Part shown: positions 20,870-33,138 of the stretch, piece by piece
Layout of the letters: every line of letters begins with the position of its first letter
How positions within the stretch are numbered: the first letter of the stretch is position 1
Source of the DNA: a virus
DNA: 64,000 nucleotides
Strand: one strand, 5' to 3'
IMG/VR virus record: IMGVR_UViG_3300030047_000014
Location: 1 to 64,000 of that record
Notes under the pieces: generated by a model
What the model saw: only the letters and a program-made list of their open reading frames with translations
Databases searched by the model: none
Told to the model about the DNA's origin: nothing
Made by a program: the position numbers and the translations under genes

Positions 20870-21940
20870 TTATTTATTAGTTAGAAAGTACGAACCATTA
20901 AATAATTCATTATAATCAAAACTAGTCATTAAAGACTTCTTTGGTAACTCGGAAAATATCCCCGTAGAACCCTGAAATGCCATTCCTGAGCCAACTAAAT
21001 CTTCCCCATATGAATTCTTAAGGATTTTTACTCGTCTGAAATAATTAGCTCCAGTTTCAGAATCTATAAATTTATCTACATTATATGTAGGATCTGTTGT
21101 CTTATATCTGATAGGATCAAATAAGCTAATGACAACATCTGAATCTTCTCCAGGTCTTCCTGTCTCTTTGACATCATCAATGTTTGGCTCGAAGCTTTCC
21201 ATTTTCTGATAAACAGGATTACTTAGAGATCTATTAAGCATACTAACAGCTACAGGAGAATATCCAAATAAATCTCTAAACATTTGATTGTATTCACTTA
21301 CCTTATCAATTGCTGCTTTTTTAGTAGTATAGTCCTTTTCAGTTTTAGTTAAACCTAAGTGGTCTTCAGCTACAATTACTATTTCATTAGGATGATTAGG
21401 CTCATAAACTTTATTAAACTTATCAATCTGATGTATCACACCATTTTTCAATGCATATTCATTTACAGGAACAAAAACTCCTCTTGGATTTTGTGGACCT
21501 TCTATGATATCAACAACTTCCAGAAGTTCACCAAGATAGTCTCTTTGAGCTAAGAATAAATCATGTTCGTCCTTAGTCATTTTAACATCCCACCATCCTA
21601 ACATCTTCTGAATAGGAATAAGAATTCCATAATCAATAAAAATTCTTCTACTAATCCACTTAGCTAGGATATATACTTTACTTCTTTCCATAGAGAATAG
21701 GATTACTTTAAACTTAATGTCTGTTTTATCCTTATTCTTTATATACCAATCAAATGGATTTAGGATGTAAGCAGAGTGAATAAAGGCAGTCTTACCTGAA
21801 CCTGTGGATCCAAACACTAATGTAAGGATTCTTCTACGAATCCCTACATAGTGATTTAATCTGTCAAAGCCCATAGGAATACCATTATTCTTCCCTGCTA
21901 ATCCATCATTTACTTCTTGTTCAACTATATCAAAACTCAT
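20870..21940 (-). CDS. DnaB-like replicative helicase
   Basis: GIPMGF, GSTGSGKT, FSMERS, EDHLGL, VSMLNR, DVKETG...DSDVVI. Confidence 0.88.
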   Translation of the reverse strand: MSFDIVEQEVNDGLAGKNNGIPMGFDRLNHYVGIRRRILTLVFGSTGSGKTAFIHSAYILNPFDWYIKNKDKTDIKFKVILFSMERSKVYILAKWISRRIFIDYGILIPIQKMLGWWDVKMTKDEHDLFLAQRDYLGELLEVVDIIEGPQNPRGVFVPVNEYALKNGVIHQIDKFNKVYEPNHPNEIVIVAEDHLGLTKTEKDYTTKKAAIDKVSEYNQMFRDLFGYSPVAVSMLNRSLSNPVYQKMESFEPNIDDVKETGRPGEDSDVVISLFDPIRYKTTDPTYNVDKFIDSETGANYFRRVKILKNSYGEDLVGSGMAFQGSTGIFSELPKKSLMTSFDYNELFNGSYFLTNK

Positions 21941-23477
21941 TTCTTGATTATTAGATGATCTTCTGCTAACTTTTTAGATATTACTCTACCATCTTCGAGT
22001 ACAAAGTTACTCTGAAGTAGAGAATAATCAATGATCATTAAGGTATCTTTCCCTAAAACTACATGTTGACCTATTTTATTTGTAAAAGACTTCTCTGCTT
22101 TTTCAAAATCCTTTTCTATCATTTGGACTAATACTGCTAATACAATAATTAGGAATCCTAATATTACTACTCCTACACTTTTTATTGTTCTCATGGTTTT
22201 ATTGAATTTAAGTATGTAACTGCTTCACTAAATAAAATCATACCATTCTGTACAAGAGAGATAAGATCATGATTTCCTGCATATCTATCTAAGATACTAA
22301 CTACCCTAGCACATATAAGACAATCATCCATTTCTTCTTTACTTATTAATTTATCTTCTACAGAATAATCTTCCATAGTAGGGACATTATCTCCTGTTGC
22401 TATATTATCACGATCAAGAACGATATACTCTATAGATTCTGTAGAGAAAATTGATTGAATATTTCCTCCTTCAACAATTATTAATATTTTTGTCATTGTA
22501 AAAATTGGTTAACAGATGCTTCTAAACTATCTTCTTCATCTACAGTATTACCATCTTCATCTTCTTCTTCTCCTAATTCAAATAAAGCAGCTCCTATAAA
22601 TCCAGAACAGTCTTCTAATACTGTCATAAAATCACCAAGAGGAACTATAATACCATTCTGACAATATTCTTCTTTAGCTATTTTAGCTTCTGCTAATGTA
22701 TCGAGTATCAAATAATCACCTGATTCATCATCTTTACATACTATGTTTATAGTATCATTAAATAAATCTATAAGTATATATTTCATTTTATTTGCTCTTT
22801 AGTTTTTAAAATAGATTCTTTATCAATAACTGCCCACCAAGTAGGAGGAGGTCCATATGTAAGTCTTTCTCCTTCCATTTTGATTTGAGCATTTTCAGCA
22901 CATAGATCAACAGCTTGGTTACAAGCCTCTTTCATAGCTTTTACTATAACTGCACTTAAGCATATTCCAAGAAACCATCCCTGATCTTCTCCTAGTTCTT
23001 TCTGTAGTATCTCTTTAAGATTTACTCCTTTAAAACATTGATCAGGTCTAAGAGGATATTCTGCAAATTGCTTCTTAAACTCTGCTATCTTATTTCTTTC
23101 ATCTAAAATCTCTTCTGGTGTCATAATGGATAATTATTTACTCTTCTTATTACTTCACCTTCTATAAGTGCTTCCTGAGCATATCTTAATCTAAACTTAA
23201 GAATTCTAATTTGTTTAGCTTTTCTTGCTTTAAAATTCTTAAGAGCTTCCATTTCAGTAGGATATGCAAATCTTTTTCTTGCTCTATTACTTACCCATCT
23301 TCTTCCAAGCTTACTAAAAGGATACAATATCCAAACCCCACACGAAGTTTCTTTCACAATAGGAAATTTAGATAATTCTACTTTCACTTCTATATCTCCA
23401 TAGTCTCCATAGTTCATATCACTATATCTATACAAACCAGGACCAGGATTCTTAGGACTAAATTGATCTATTATCAT
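21937..23477 (-). other. Run of five small hypothetical CDS
   Basis: 21937-22194, 22191-22496, 22493-22786, 22783-23124 and 23121-23477, all with ATGA-type overlaps. Confidence 0.7.
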
Positions 23478-24100
23478 ATTTCTGTATATCCTTTAGATGC
23501 TTCGGGTGATTCTATAATTACAGCTCCTGCTCTTACAAGTTCAATAAAACCTTCAAAGCTTCTCTGATTCAAATATGTCAAGCTGTTCTGCATATAAGAA
23601 AGTTTATTATTTCCTGTCTTAAAGGAAACTTCCTTCTTCTGATGAATATCAAATTCTAATGCAGAGATCATATCTTCTAATTTATATTCTCCTTCTAATA
23701 GGATCTTATCAAACTTAGAACGACATTCTTCTTTATTTGCTCTTAAACTTCTAGCACCCTGAAATGTTTTACCATTATAAACAAAGGTATCTGTTCCGGG
23801 ATAAACTTGCCACCATGCTTCAAATTCAGAACTATCAACAGTATTCTTTTTCAGCCTTCTGGATATTTTACTATCCATAAAAGCTAATAGTTCCTGTCCC
23901 ATAAGAGTAAGTTTACCATCTTCTGATAAAAGTTCTTTTCTTACAAGTGTTTCATAAAGCATATCTATTTTAAGATTATTCGCTTTAAGCTCAGTTATGT
24001 CTGTTTGCTCATGAATAAGTCTTAATAGGAAGATGATGTCCAGAGAATAACCTCTCTGGATAAGTTCTTCAAAATGAAAAGGTGTTAATTTTAGTATCAT
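23474..24100 (-). CDS. Putative replication initiator/organiser
   Basis: N-terminal wHTH-like region; FEAWWQVYP...SLTYLNQRSFE resembles the C-domain of phage replication proteins. Confidence 0.45.
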   Translation of the reverse strand: MILKLTPFHFEELIQRGYSLDIIFLLRLIHEQTDITELKANNLKIDMLYETLVRKELLSEDGKLTLMGQELLAFMDSKISRRLKKNTVDSSEFEAWWQVYPGTDTFVYNGKTFQGARSLRANKEECRSKFDKILLEGEYKLEDMISALEFDIHQKKEVSFKTGNNKLSYMQNSLTYLNQRSFEGFIELVRAGAVIIESPEASKGYTEI

Positions 24101-27100
24101 TCTTCTATAATATTATTTGCAGGTAAAATCTTTCCATAAAGCTTTGTAGTAAATTTGAATTCACTAGTGCCAGGAGTAAAATCTTCTAACTCTATGTCAT
24201 AAACATCTAATCCTGTACTGTATTTACTCTTTATATGAGCCTTAATTTCATCTTGTATTGTATCTTTAAGAACAGTGTATTCATTTAGTTTCTCTCTAAA
24301 TTCTTTAAGATGATTCTTAGTATCAAGAGGTAGATAGCTTTTACTTATTTCTCCAGAAAATCTGTCAAAAGAAGAACCTGTTCCTTCTTTTAGCTTTCTA
24401 ATTTCTTGTTTAAGACTTTCTATTTCTTTCTCTTTAGGACTGCTATAAGAATAATCATAAGGAACTATTTTAGGAATCTCATCCTGTACAACTTCTGTTA
24501 CTTCTACTGTTCTTACATAGAATCCTTTATATTTAGAAGAATAGAAATTATTGACACTATTATAATCCTTATCTGATTTACAAATAAAGGAATGACTAAT
24601 ATTAAGATTTCCTGCTCTTGTAAGTTGACCTATCTCTATATTATAAAAGTTTGGTACTTTGATCTCTTTGCTCATGTTTCTTTGTTTTAAATGGTTTTAA
24701 TACTACAATCTTAGCAGGAGAAGGATGTTCTTCTTCCCATTTCTGCCACTCTTCTTCTATCTCTTTTTGATATTCCTCAAGATACATCTGATCTTTTAGA
24801 TGTGCTCTCTCGAAGTCTTCTTCTTCAAATCTCATAGTTTTTCAATTAATTGTCTAATATCCTCTATGCAAAGTTCAATTTCATGCTCAGAAGATTCTCC
24901 CTGGGAGATTTCATCATTACAAAGTTCCACAAGACTTATTATATCCCTCTTTAACCCAGGATGATCTTTTATTACACTATTTGCATATTCTAATAATTCT
25001 TTCATATTTAATCATTTTCTTCTTTTATATAATTCTCCCACAAATCTTCAGCATTATATAATCCTCTCTCAAAAATAAGAGTGTTATAAAAATCAAACTG
25101 AAATTGGTTTTTATTAATCCATTTACCTTTTCCATTTAATCTAAACCAAGTACTAAATGCATTAAGGTTAAAATTAGCTGCTTTAGGATTATTAGGATTA
25201 CTTCCTGAATCACCTGTCCATTTATCTATAAATCCTATCTTACATGGAATTCTTTGAAATTCTACCCATCCTTCTTTCATGATGTTTAACTTTTGAGTGT
25301 TTTTTAAAATCAGCTTCTCCCATTGTATCCAACCAAATAACTTTTGTAGACTTTTTTATATCCTCTTTAGCTTCTAAATACAAGTCTTTCTTATCTACAT
25401 CTTCTGTTTTATACCACATTTTAATCTTCTTTGTCTATTTGATAAGCATAGTGTTTTTTAATATATTCTTTGGCTTCTTTATCCTTAGATATCCCATTCT
25501 CAACCTCTATAAGAGAATCATCCATATAGATACTAAGTCTATCATTTACTATATCAAAAGTGATGATACAAGGTTTTACCATCTCAAACTCTTTTCTCTC
25601 AACTAAATTCTGTGCCAGGTGATGATACCAATAACCTTTTTGTTCAAAGATATCATTAGTCCAGTGTTGTGTGTTAGAAAAGAAGAATTCAGGCTCATCT
25701 GCTTTTTGTATAAGCCAGAAAACAAAATCTGCTGAATTATCCAGGACAAGATTTACCTTGTCTCCTTTTTGTGCTCTCATTGCAATCATTATTTATGAAA
25801 ATATATGTGATCTAAATGTAATGCTGTAATCACCAAAATAACTATAGAACCATTTACAATTATAAATGATGAGATAGCAAAGAATAGTTCTGATTTAAAT
25901 AGCTTTTTCATTTCCTAATTTTTTAATCTTAAGCCAAAATTACTCCAGTACCATTCAAATGTATTAAGAGCTTTTGTCCTATTACATTTGAATGTCTTCT
26001 TTATCAGAGAAATAGCATCTGATCTAAAAGCTGAAAACTCATTACGAGTAAGAGTATTATTAAATCTCCAGTTATCATCATCAACTAGTGTAGTAAGATC
26101 TTTTCCTACCATTTTAAGTTCATCTGTAAGTAGAAATTTAAAGATGTTAAAACGATTTACTGTTGTCTCCATTGTAATTTTCTATAAAATTAATCACTGC
26201 TAAATAAGTAGCTTTCAATAATGTATTAGCCAGAACTAATTGAAATCCCTCTAGTCTTACCATTATTCCTCCTGATTCTTTATCAAGCATTCCGAATGTT
26301 CTAGGATAAGCATACTCTACAAAGATTTTACCATCACCAATTTTAAGCCTACAGATCTTTTCAAGAACAGGCATTAACCAATCCCATTTTTTGTGATATT
26401 TGAGATCAGTTTCCTTATACTCTTTATTGCCTAATGTCATTACCATAGTAGAGGTGAATATTATTCTTCCCTTACCTCCCATGAAATTTCCTATTAAGAC
26501 ATTATTCTTCCTTATCTCCTTGAGTGTCATCTTTTATTTCTTTTAAGAATTCTTCTTTCTGATAATCATATACGTGTCCTACATTCCTAAGACGATATTC
26601 CCATGTCTGTTCTATACCATCCCACCTAATATTTAAAATCTCAGGATTTACATGTCCCCAAGCATTAAACTTTGTTTCATTATTAAACTTAGGGAAAGAC
26701 TTTGGTTTGGGATACTCTACTATAGTTAGACATTTTTTATAGTCTTCTTCAGAAAGATCTGTCCAATTTTTAGTCATAAAACCATGACCAGATTTTAAAT
26801 ATTTCCACACTCTTTCTATAGCTTCTTCATCAGTTTCAGCTCCATTACGTCCAACATAACCTTGTCTAAAACCTATTTTAGTTTGAAAAGGTAATCCAGT
26901 AAATTTGAATTTTATAGTAGGATGAACTAATTGAACCTCTTTGTTGATAAATTCAAATGTCATTGGTGTCATTTTCGTCAAGATTAAATACTAATTTATC
27001 TCCTAATCTCATATCATCTGCTGCATAATCTTGGAGAGCATCAAGAAATTCAATAATACCCTCTATATGATCATATCTTTTGGGAGTAGTTTGCAAAGTT

Positions 27101-27664
27101 TCTTGAATTCTCAAAAGAGTTTGTTTTTGCTCTCTTAATAACTTCCAATCTATTTTCTGTATGAATTCAGGAATCTTTTCATGATTTTCCATTTTGTAAA
27201 CTATTTATATAGAATGATATACTTGATAATTCTTCATTAGTAAACTGTTCTATTTTTAAATGAAGCTCTTGAATCAATTCTTCCTTAGTAATGGTTATAA
27301 TATCTTCATTCTTATATTCATAAAACAGATCTTCTTGTTCTTTATTAGGAGGAGCAATTCTTACAAATATCATTCCTTCTCTGGGATGATAAGTAATACC
27401 TATTCCAAATCTCTTATAGAATAAATCAAGAAGACAAAAGAATCTATTCTCAATTGCATCCTTACAAGATTTACCAAGTTCTCTCATTATCGTATAAGGT
27501 TTATAAGCTTCTACTCCTAAATGAAATCCTACAGATTTTCCTTCAAGATATGCTTTTCTTTGAATCCTTAATCTTCCATAGTTATTCCATAGGGAAGTAG
27601 GAATATAAGATTTATCACATCTATTACTTTCTAAAAGTGCTAATTCCTCAACATAATTACTCAT
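24097..27664 (-). other. Run of small hypothetical CDS
   Basis: 24097-24675, 24641-24835, 25008-25280, 25421-25789, 25915-26172, 26147-26530, 26502-26981, 26953-27192, 27179-27664. Confidence 0.65.
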
Positions 27665-27681
27665 TTCATAATAGGAATAAA

Positions 27682-27715
27682 TATTCCTGTCTGTATATTA
27701 CAACAGACAGGAATA
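27682..27715. terminator. Terminator-like hairpin after a two-gene cassette
   Basis: TATTCCTGTCTGT...ACAGACAGGAATA, a 13-bp stem. Confidence 0.7.
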
Positions 27716-27727
27716 ATAAATAAGAAA

Positions 27728-28108
27728 TTAAATAGAATTTAATTCAGCCTGAAGTTCCTCAATACTCTTAGCAGAAAGGTTCTCATCCTGTTTCTGAGCA
27801 ATTAACTCCATAAGCTTAGCTTTCTTAGCTTTTCTTTCAATATCAAGTTTAGATACTTCTTGTTCTGTGAGTTTTGTTACAACAACATACTTGATTAAAT
27901 CTACTCTTAAAGCTAATTCTGTATCTGCTTTAGTTTTTGTACCTAATAAAGATTCTTCACCCGCCTCTTTAAGCTGTTTGTTCAATCCCTTAAATAATGT
28001 ATCCAGGGAGGTTAAGGATAAATCCCAAAGGTCTTCTGTACTTAATACTCCTTTGTTTGTAGAAAACCGTAATTTGATCCTTGATGCTTTTTCAAATAAT
28101 TCACTCAT
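27728..28108 (-). CDS. Coiled-coil phage protein, probable partner of the 682-aa protein
   Basis: LFEKASRIKLRF...LSTEDLWDL; lies 12 nt downstream of the large gene. Confidence 0.75.
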   Translation of the reverse strand: MSELFEKASRIKLRFSTNKGVLSTEDLWDLSLTSLDTLFKGLNKQLKEAGEESLLGTKTKADTELALRVDLIKYVVVTKLTEQEVSKLDIERKAKKAKLMELIAQKQDENLSAKSIEELQAELNSI

Positions 28109-28120
28109 AATACTTAATTT

Positions 28121-30169
28121 TTAAAAATTGATTTTAATTGTTCTTGCAAAACTTCCTTCTACTTTAGCTATTACACTGTTCCTTTGTGTACTGCTGAAAC
28201 CTAAACCACTTAATTGGTTATCAGAACTTTCTACTCTCATCTTATCCCCAAGTGCTTCAAATACTCTTTTTTGTTCCATGAGATCCTGTTTAAGAAACTC
28301 ATTATAGAAACCTCTTGGAGTAGAAGGATTCTTACATCCCTCAAGAATAAAGAAATAGTGTTTGTTACCTATTCCTTGTTGTTGATCCCAATAATTAGGA
28401 CTGGACATTATCATAGATACTTTCTGGAAATTATTTGTTTTAACTCCCCAGATCTCTTTTGTAAATGCAGAAGAAGGCAATGATTTAATAATCTTGAAGT
28501 CTTTACCATCAAATTCTACTGAAGCTACATCAATAGACTCACCATTTCTTACATGTTTATTATAATTAAACTGGAAGATTTGTCCATTAAATTCAATTTC
28601 AGCAATAAAACCTTTCTGTTTTCCTCTAAGAGCAAAATTATTAACTGAGAATCTATAGATCCCTTTTTGCATTTTAGATATATTAGACCATGTGATGTTC
28701 TCAACTACATTTTTATTTCCCTGATTATTAGGAAAACGAACATCTACATCAAGATGTCCTGTGGTTGTAGGATGAACCATATCTCCAAAATAGATATGAT
28801 GTCCTAAAGGTTCTGTACAATGAGCATCAAGATCACTATTATCAGAGGGTTGATTCTCCCCCCACATAACAGAAAATCTTAATACACCTGTAACATTACC
28901 TCCCCTGGCTTTAACAGCTTCTTTAATAGAATCAGCTACTTCTCCATTATAAGACCAACTAAAATTGTTTGCCCATTTAAACATTGAAGGAGCTTCTTTA
29001 TCTTGTGGAGCTATCAGACTCATTAGGGAACTAGTATGTACATTTTCAGGAATAATTTTTATGCTACTTGCTTTTGGTACAATATTATTGATGAAGTCTT
29101 CAATGGTAACTTCCTCAACTTTATTAAGAGTCTTTGGACTAACAGTTACTTCTTCTTTCAAATCATCAAATACAGAAGCATTCATTTTCTTCTTTGCATC
29201 CCTATCAGCAAAAATCACATTATTTACTGTAATGTCTTCAACAGTTGCAAATCTTCTTCCTAGGCTATTACCTAATCCAAGTTCTTCAATTTTCTTCTGA
29301 GCCTGTTCTATTATTGTTTTGGTAAGAACTGCTGTAGGACGCTTGTAGTTAGCAGGAGCCATGATCTTTTCAAATGCTGTCACTGCATAATCCAGATCTC
29401 TACCTTCAGAAATATCTGTTAAGAGAGTTCCTATTGCTGAATTTCTAATTTTACTGATAGCTTGTCCTGCTTTAATAAAAGTTGCCCAGCAGTAATTATC
29501 TCTTTCATTCAAAGGAACCTTTAAATACTCTTGTTGATATTTTGAGAATGTTTCAAGAATACCTTTTGATTCTTCTCCCCTGTATAAAGAGTTTTGAGCT
29601 ATAAGCTCTAAAGCTGTTTTAACAGCATCAATGGAGATTTCCTTTAAGGAACGCTGAAATACATTTCTACTATCTCTTAGAGTACCTTGTTTTGCTTCAA
29701 CAGAATCTGCAGAAGTATCAACAAATTGTTTAGGGAGTTTATAATGAAAATGTTCCCAGGTAGTAATACTTCCGTCTTTCTCTTCAGCATGGTTATGATC
29801 TGTACCACAATTAGCAAACTTTGTAATAAATACTTCCTTAATTGGTTGTAATGTAACTAAATTAGTTAGTCTTTGAGCTACTACATTATAAGGATAAGGT
29901 ACTTGCTCTGCTACATCCCAGATAGATACTAATTTATTATTTACAATAGCTACAACATTCCCAAAAGGTCTTAGGAATTGTTTACAGGTGTTGCAATCGT
30001 GCTCTCCTCTTTCTTTATAAATATTGTTTGTACCTGCAGGATAACTATTCAAATACGTTTCCCAGATAACATCTTTCTCAACATCTGTAAGGAATAACAC
30101 AGTGTTGCTTGCTACTAATTCATCAAACTTTTTCTGTACTGCTAATTTAAAACTTCTAAATTCTGACAT
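28121..30169 (-). CDS. 682-aa phage protein with a YfaP/DUF2135-like C-terminal domain
   Basis: HDCNTCKQF; LRFSVMW...DLDAH...IYF...GHLDVD...VENITW. Confidence 0.7.
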   Translation of the reverse strand: MSEFRSFKLAVQKKFDELVASNTVLFLTDVEKDVIWETYLNSYPAGTNNIYKERGEHDCNTCKQFLRPFGNVVAIVNNKLVSIWDVAEQVPYPYNVVAQRLTNLVTLQPIKEVFITKFANCGTDHNHAEEKDGSITTWEHFHYKLPKQFVDTSADSVEAKQGTLRDSRNVFQRSLKEISIDAVKTALELIAQNSLYRGEESKGILETFSKYQQEYLKVPLNERDNYCWATFIKAGQAISKIRNSAIGTLLTDISEGRDLDYAVTAFEKIMAPANYKRPTAVLTKTIIEQAQKKIEELGLGNSLGRRFATVEDITVNNVIFADRDAKKKMNASVFDDLKEEVTVSPKTLNKVEEVTIEDFINNIVPKASSIKIIPENVHTSSLMSLIAPQDKEAPSMFKWANNFSWSYNGEVADSIKEAVKARGGNVTGVLRFSVMWGENQPSDNSDLDAHCTEPLGHHIYFGDMVHPTTTGHLDVDVRFPNNQGNKNVVENITWSNISKMQKGIYRFSVNNFALRGKQKGFIAEIEFNGQIFQFNYNKHVRNGESIDVASVEFDGKDFKIIKSLPSSAFTKEIWGVKTNNFQKVSMIMSSPNYWDQQQGIGNKHYFFILEGCKNPSTPRGFYNEFLKQDLMEQKRVFEALGDKMRVESSDNQLSGLGFSSTQRNSVIAKVEGSFARTIKINF

Positions 30170-30345
30170 ACTCTTTTTTATTACTTGTTTTTACTTATTA
30201 TTCAAATAAAACTGTAGAGAGTATTAACTCCCTACAGTTCTTTACTTTATTTTTGATAATACAATACTCTTTATGAACATCAAATAAATATCTAGCAACT
30301 GTATCTCTAAACAGTTGACTTCCATCACATTTCACACACCAATAT

Positions 30346-32433
30346 TCAGGCAACTTGTTCTTCATCATCTTCTTCTTTTTTAATTTTTTTTGGTTTCTTC
30401 GCTTCTCCCCATGAAGGACCTATATGAGCATCTGCAGGACATTTAAGTTCTGACAAATAATAATTAGCTCCTTCAATCATACATCTCTCAAGATTATCTC
30501 TAACAGGTTCTGCAAGATATTCTCTGCATTCTGTTACAAGTTCATCATAAATAGAATTACAGATTTTTACTTTCCATATAAAATTATTCTCTAATATCCA
30601 GTCAAATAATAGACATGCTGCTAATTTAATCTGATGAGCACCTGCAGTTTGAATAGGACTATTAAGGCAGAGCCTACTATATTCAGATTTTTGTCTATAG
30701 AATTTTGATAGAATAGGTTTATACTTAATGTAGAATTCATAAGATATCTTGTCTGCAACAATATACTTCTCATTCTTCAACTTAGCTTCCTTTATTCTAT
30801 TAGCCTGTCTCTTTCCATCCTTATATAAAGACCACTTATATTCATCAAATGAATCAACAACTTTTTTATTTTCCTTGAAATCATCGAACTTGGGTAGCTT
30901 TAGTTTCCAACCATCAACAGACTCAATATAACCTGTTCTCATTGATTGTCTTAAAACCTTCTCTCCCCATTCATAGATACCAGAATGTAATTCCTTATAC
31001 TTCTTCTCAATTTCTACAGCTTCATCATAAGGAATATTACCATTCTGATGAATAGTATAAGCATTTCCTCCATAAGCAAAAGCAAATCGTATTGGTTTAG
31101 AATCCTGTCTTTCTTTAGAGTGATTATTCATTATCTCTTCATCAGACATATCAGCCATATAAGGATGTAATACTCTGGTCAACATACAATGCAAATCTCT
31201 TCCTTCTAATACAGCAGATGTCATTGCTTTATCCTTGGTAAAGTCTGCAGATAATACATTCTCCTGTCCTCCAAGATCACATACAACCATCTTATTTCCT
31301 TCATTAGCTCTAAAACAATCTCTTGTTTCACTATCTCTGGGAAAATTTAGAAAGTTAATATTACCTTTTCGTACTGAGAGCCTGGCAGTATCCACCATAG
31401 GATTAAAATTAGTATAGATTCTATTATTTTCTATTTGCTGATACACTTTATCTCCAAAGGTAGTTACCCTATGATTGGCTTCCTGAAAATTAAGCCACAT
31501 ATCAACAAATTCATGCTTAGTCTTAATAAGGATATCTTCTTTGATACTATCATTACCATCCTTATCTTTTGTAGGAATCTTGAATTCAGCAAATATATCT
31601 AACATCTGTTGAGGAGATGAAATAGAAAGAGTAATTCTCTCATTAGAATCCCATAAGCTCAACTGAGTTTCTCTATACTTAGGAATGTGCTCATAAATAT
31701 AAGCTTCAATCTTAGTCTTCCAGGTATTAGTATTAATAATATCCTGTTCCATTTTCTTCTTCCACATTTCAGGATCTATAGGAAGACCACACTGTTCTAT
31801 ATAAGCCAACACTCTAATATATCTGCAATGAAGAGCATAGGTATTGATAAAATCACCATCTACAATCTTCCTATACAATACATCATGTAATTCTATAAGC
31901 CTGTCTACATCATTAAAGGAGTATTCAATTGTACTGGGCATACTAAGCTTAACTTCACTGATATTCTTCTGTTCAGTCTTGTTATACTTAATATCTAATT
32001 CTCTCTCCATAACAGCTCCAAAATCTTGTTTGAGAGGGATAAAAGACTCTTTACCAGCTTTCATTATCCATACACCTTCTCCATTGTAAATAATCTTACT
32101 GGCAAGCATTGTATCTCTAACTTCTTCAGGAAAAAAGTTATAATTATACAGAAATCCTAAATCAAATAAAATATTGTGTCCAATAAGTATCTTTCTTACC
32201 AAATAAGGAATTACTTCTTCAAATGTATAATTTTTGTTATAAAGAACAATTAGATAATTATTTGATCCAGTTCCTATCTGGCAACAAAATAAATCATGAA
32301 TTCTTGCTTTAAGTCCTGTAGTTTCTGTATCAAATGCTATTACTTTAGGAAGAATCATCTCTTCAAGAGTACAATAATTGTAATGTCCTAATTTTTCAAA
32401 AGGTTCTCTTTCTTTAGCCACTATGTAATTCAT
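30346..32433 (-). CDS. polA: DNA polymerase family A with 3'-5' exonuclease
   Basis: FDTETTGL, GHNILFDL, DTARLS, DLGGQE, RQDSKPIRFAFAYG, NSPIQ, IYDE. Confidence 0.95.
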   Translation of the reverse strand: MNYIVAKEREPFEKLGHYNYCTLEEMILPKVIAFDTETTGLKARIHDLFCCQIGTGSNNYLIVLYNKNYTFEEVIPYLVRKILIGHNILFDLGFLYNYNFFPEEVRDTMLASKIIYNGEGVWIMKAGKESFIPLKQDFGAVMERELDIKYNKTEQKNISEVKLSMPSTIEYSFNDVDRLIELHDVLYRKIVDGDFINTYALHCRYIRVLAYIEQCGLPIDPEMWKKKMEQDIINTNTWKTKIEAYIYEHIPKYRETQLSLWDSNERITLSISSPQQMLDIFAEFKIPTKDKDGNDSIKEDILIKTKHEFVDMWLNFQEANHRVTTFGDKVYQQIENNRIYTNFNPMVDTARLSVRKGNINFLNFPRDSETRDCFRANEGNKMVVCDLGGQENVLSADFTKDKAMTSAVLEGRDLHCMLTRVLHPYMADMSDEEIMNNHSKERQDSKPIRFAFAYGGNAYTIHQNGNIPYDEAVEIEKKYKELHSGIYEWGEKVLRQSMRTGYIESVDGWKLKLPKFDDFKENKKVVDSFDEYKWSLYKDGKRQANRIKEAKLKNEKYIVADKISYEFYIKYKPILSKFYRQKSEYSRLCLNSPIQTAGAHQIKLAACLLFDWILENNFIWKVKICNSIYDELVTECREYLAEPVRDNLERCMIEGANYYLSELKCPADAHIGPSWGEAKKPKKIKKEEDDEEQVA

Positions 32434-32651
32434 CTTTTAAGATTTTATAGTTATTAATTTTTTCTTGCCAATCAGGAAATTTCATGAATTCTAGTACCAA
32501 CTTATTTAATTCAATATCACATTGAGTACATAAAGGTCTGAACACATTACCATCAGAACAAATCTGCCACTGATATTCTGCCTTGGCATTACATCTAAAA
32601 CATTTTAATCTCTTTATTCCAATTGCTGTATATGGTTTCCTTCTCATTGTC

Positions 32652-33071
32652 TTACAATCCTAGTTTTGTTCTAATCTCCTTGTAAAATAATTGTTTCTCT
32701 CTTACAGAATCTACTCCTTTTTGATAATATACTATCATATCTCCAGGAAGATTTATATAACTTCCTATAACTTCAAGTGTTTCATTAGGAAATAGTTCTT
32801 TAGCAAGAACAGAAAATGTTTGACGAGCATAAACAAACTTTCTTCTACGAATACCTGATTTAGCTTGTTCTACAGATATATTTGATGCATTACATACTTC
32901 TCTAAGAAGATCCTCCAAATTATTTAATACAGGAGAATAACTTACAAGCAAAGCCTCTTCAAGTTTACTTATAAGAGATTTCGTAGCAGAAGAAGGTAAT
33001 TCAGCAAGTTCTGCTGCTTTTAATATTACTTTTAAAGAATATGTCATAATTATAAAATATAAAATCCCCAT
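32652..33071 (-). CDS. Protein with a DnaA domain IV-like HTH
   Basis: LLREVCNASNISVEQAKSGIRRRKFVYARQ...TLEVIG. Confidence 0.65.
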   Translation of the reverse strand: MGILYFIIMTYSLKVILKAAELAELPSSATKSLISKLEEALLVSYSPVLNNLEDLLREVCNASNISVEQAKSGIRRRKFVYARQTFSVLAKELFPNETLEVIGSYINLPGDMIVYYQKGVDSVREKQLFYKEIRTKLGL

Positions 33072-33138
33072 CCTTCACTAAGAAGGACAGGGACAAGTAG
33101 TAGTATATGTTGTTGTAGATAGCATATGTAATTAAAGC

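Noticed and set aside
30346-32433. PolA as a Z-specific DpoZ
   Set aside because: There is no purZ in the window and no diagnostic feature I can verify without an alignment.
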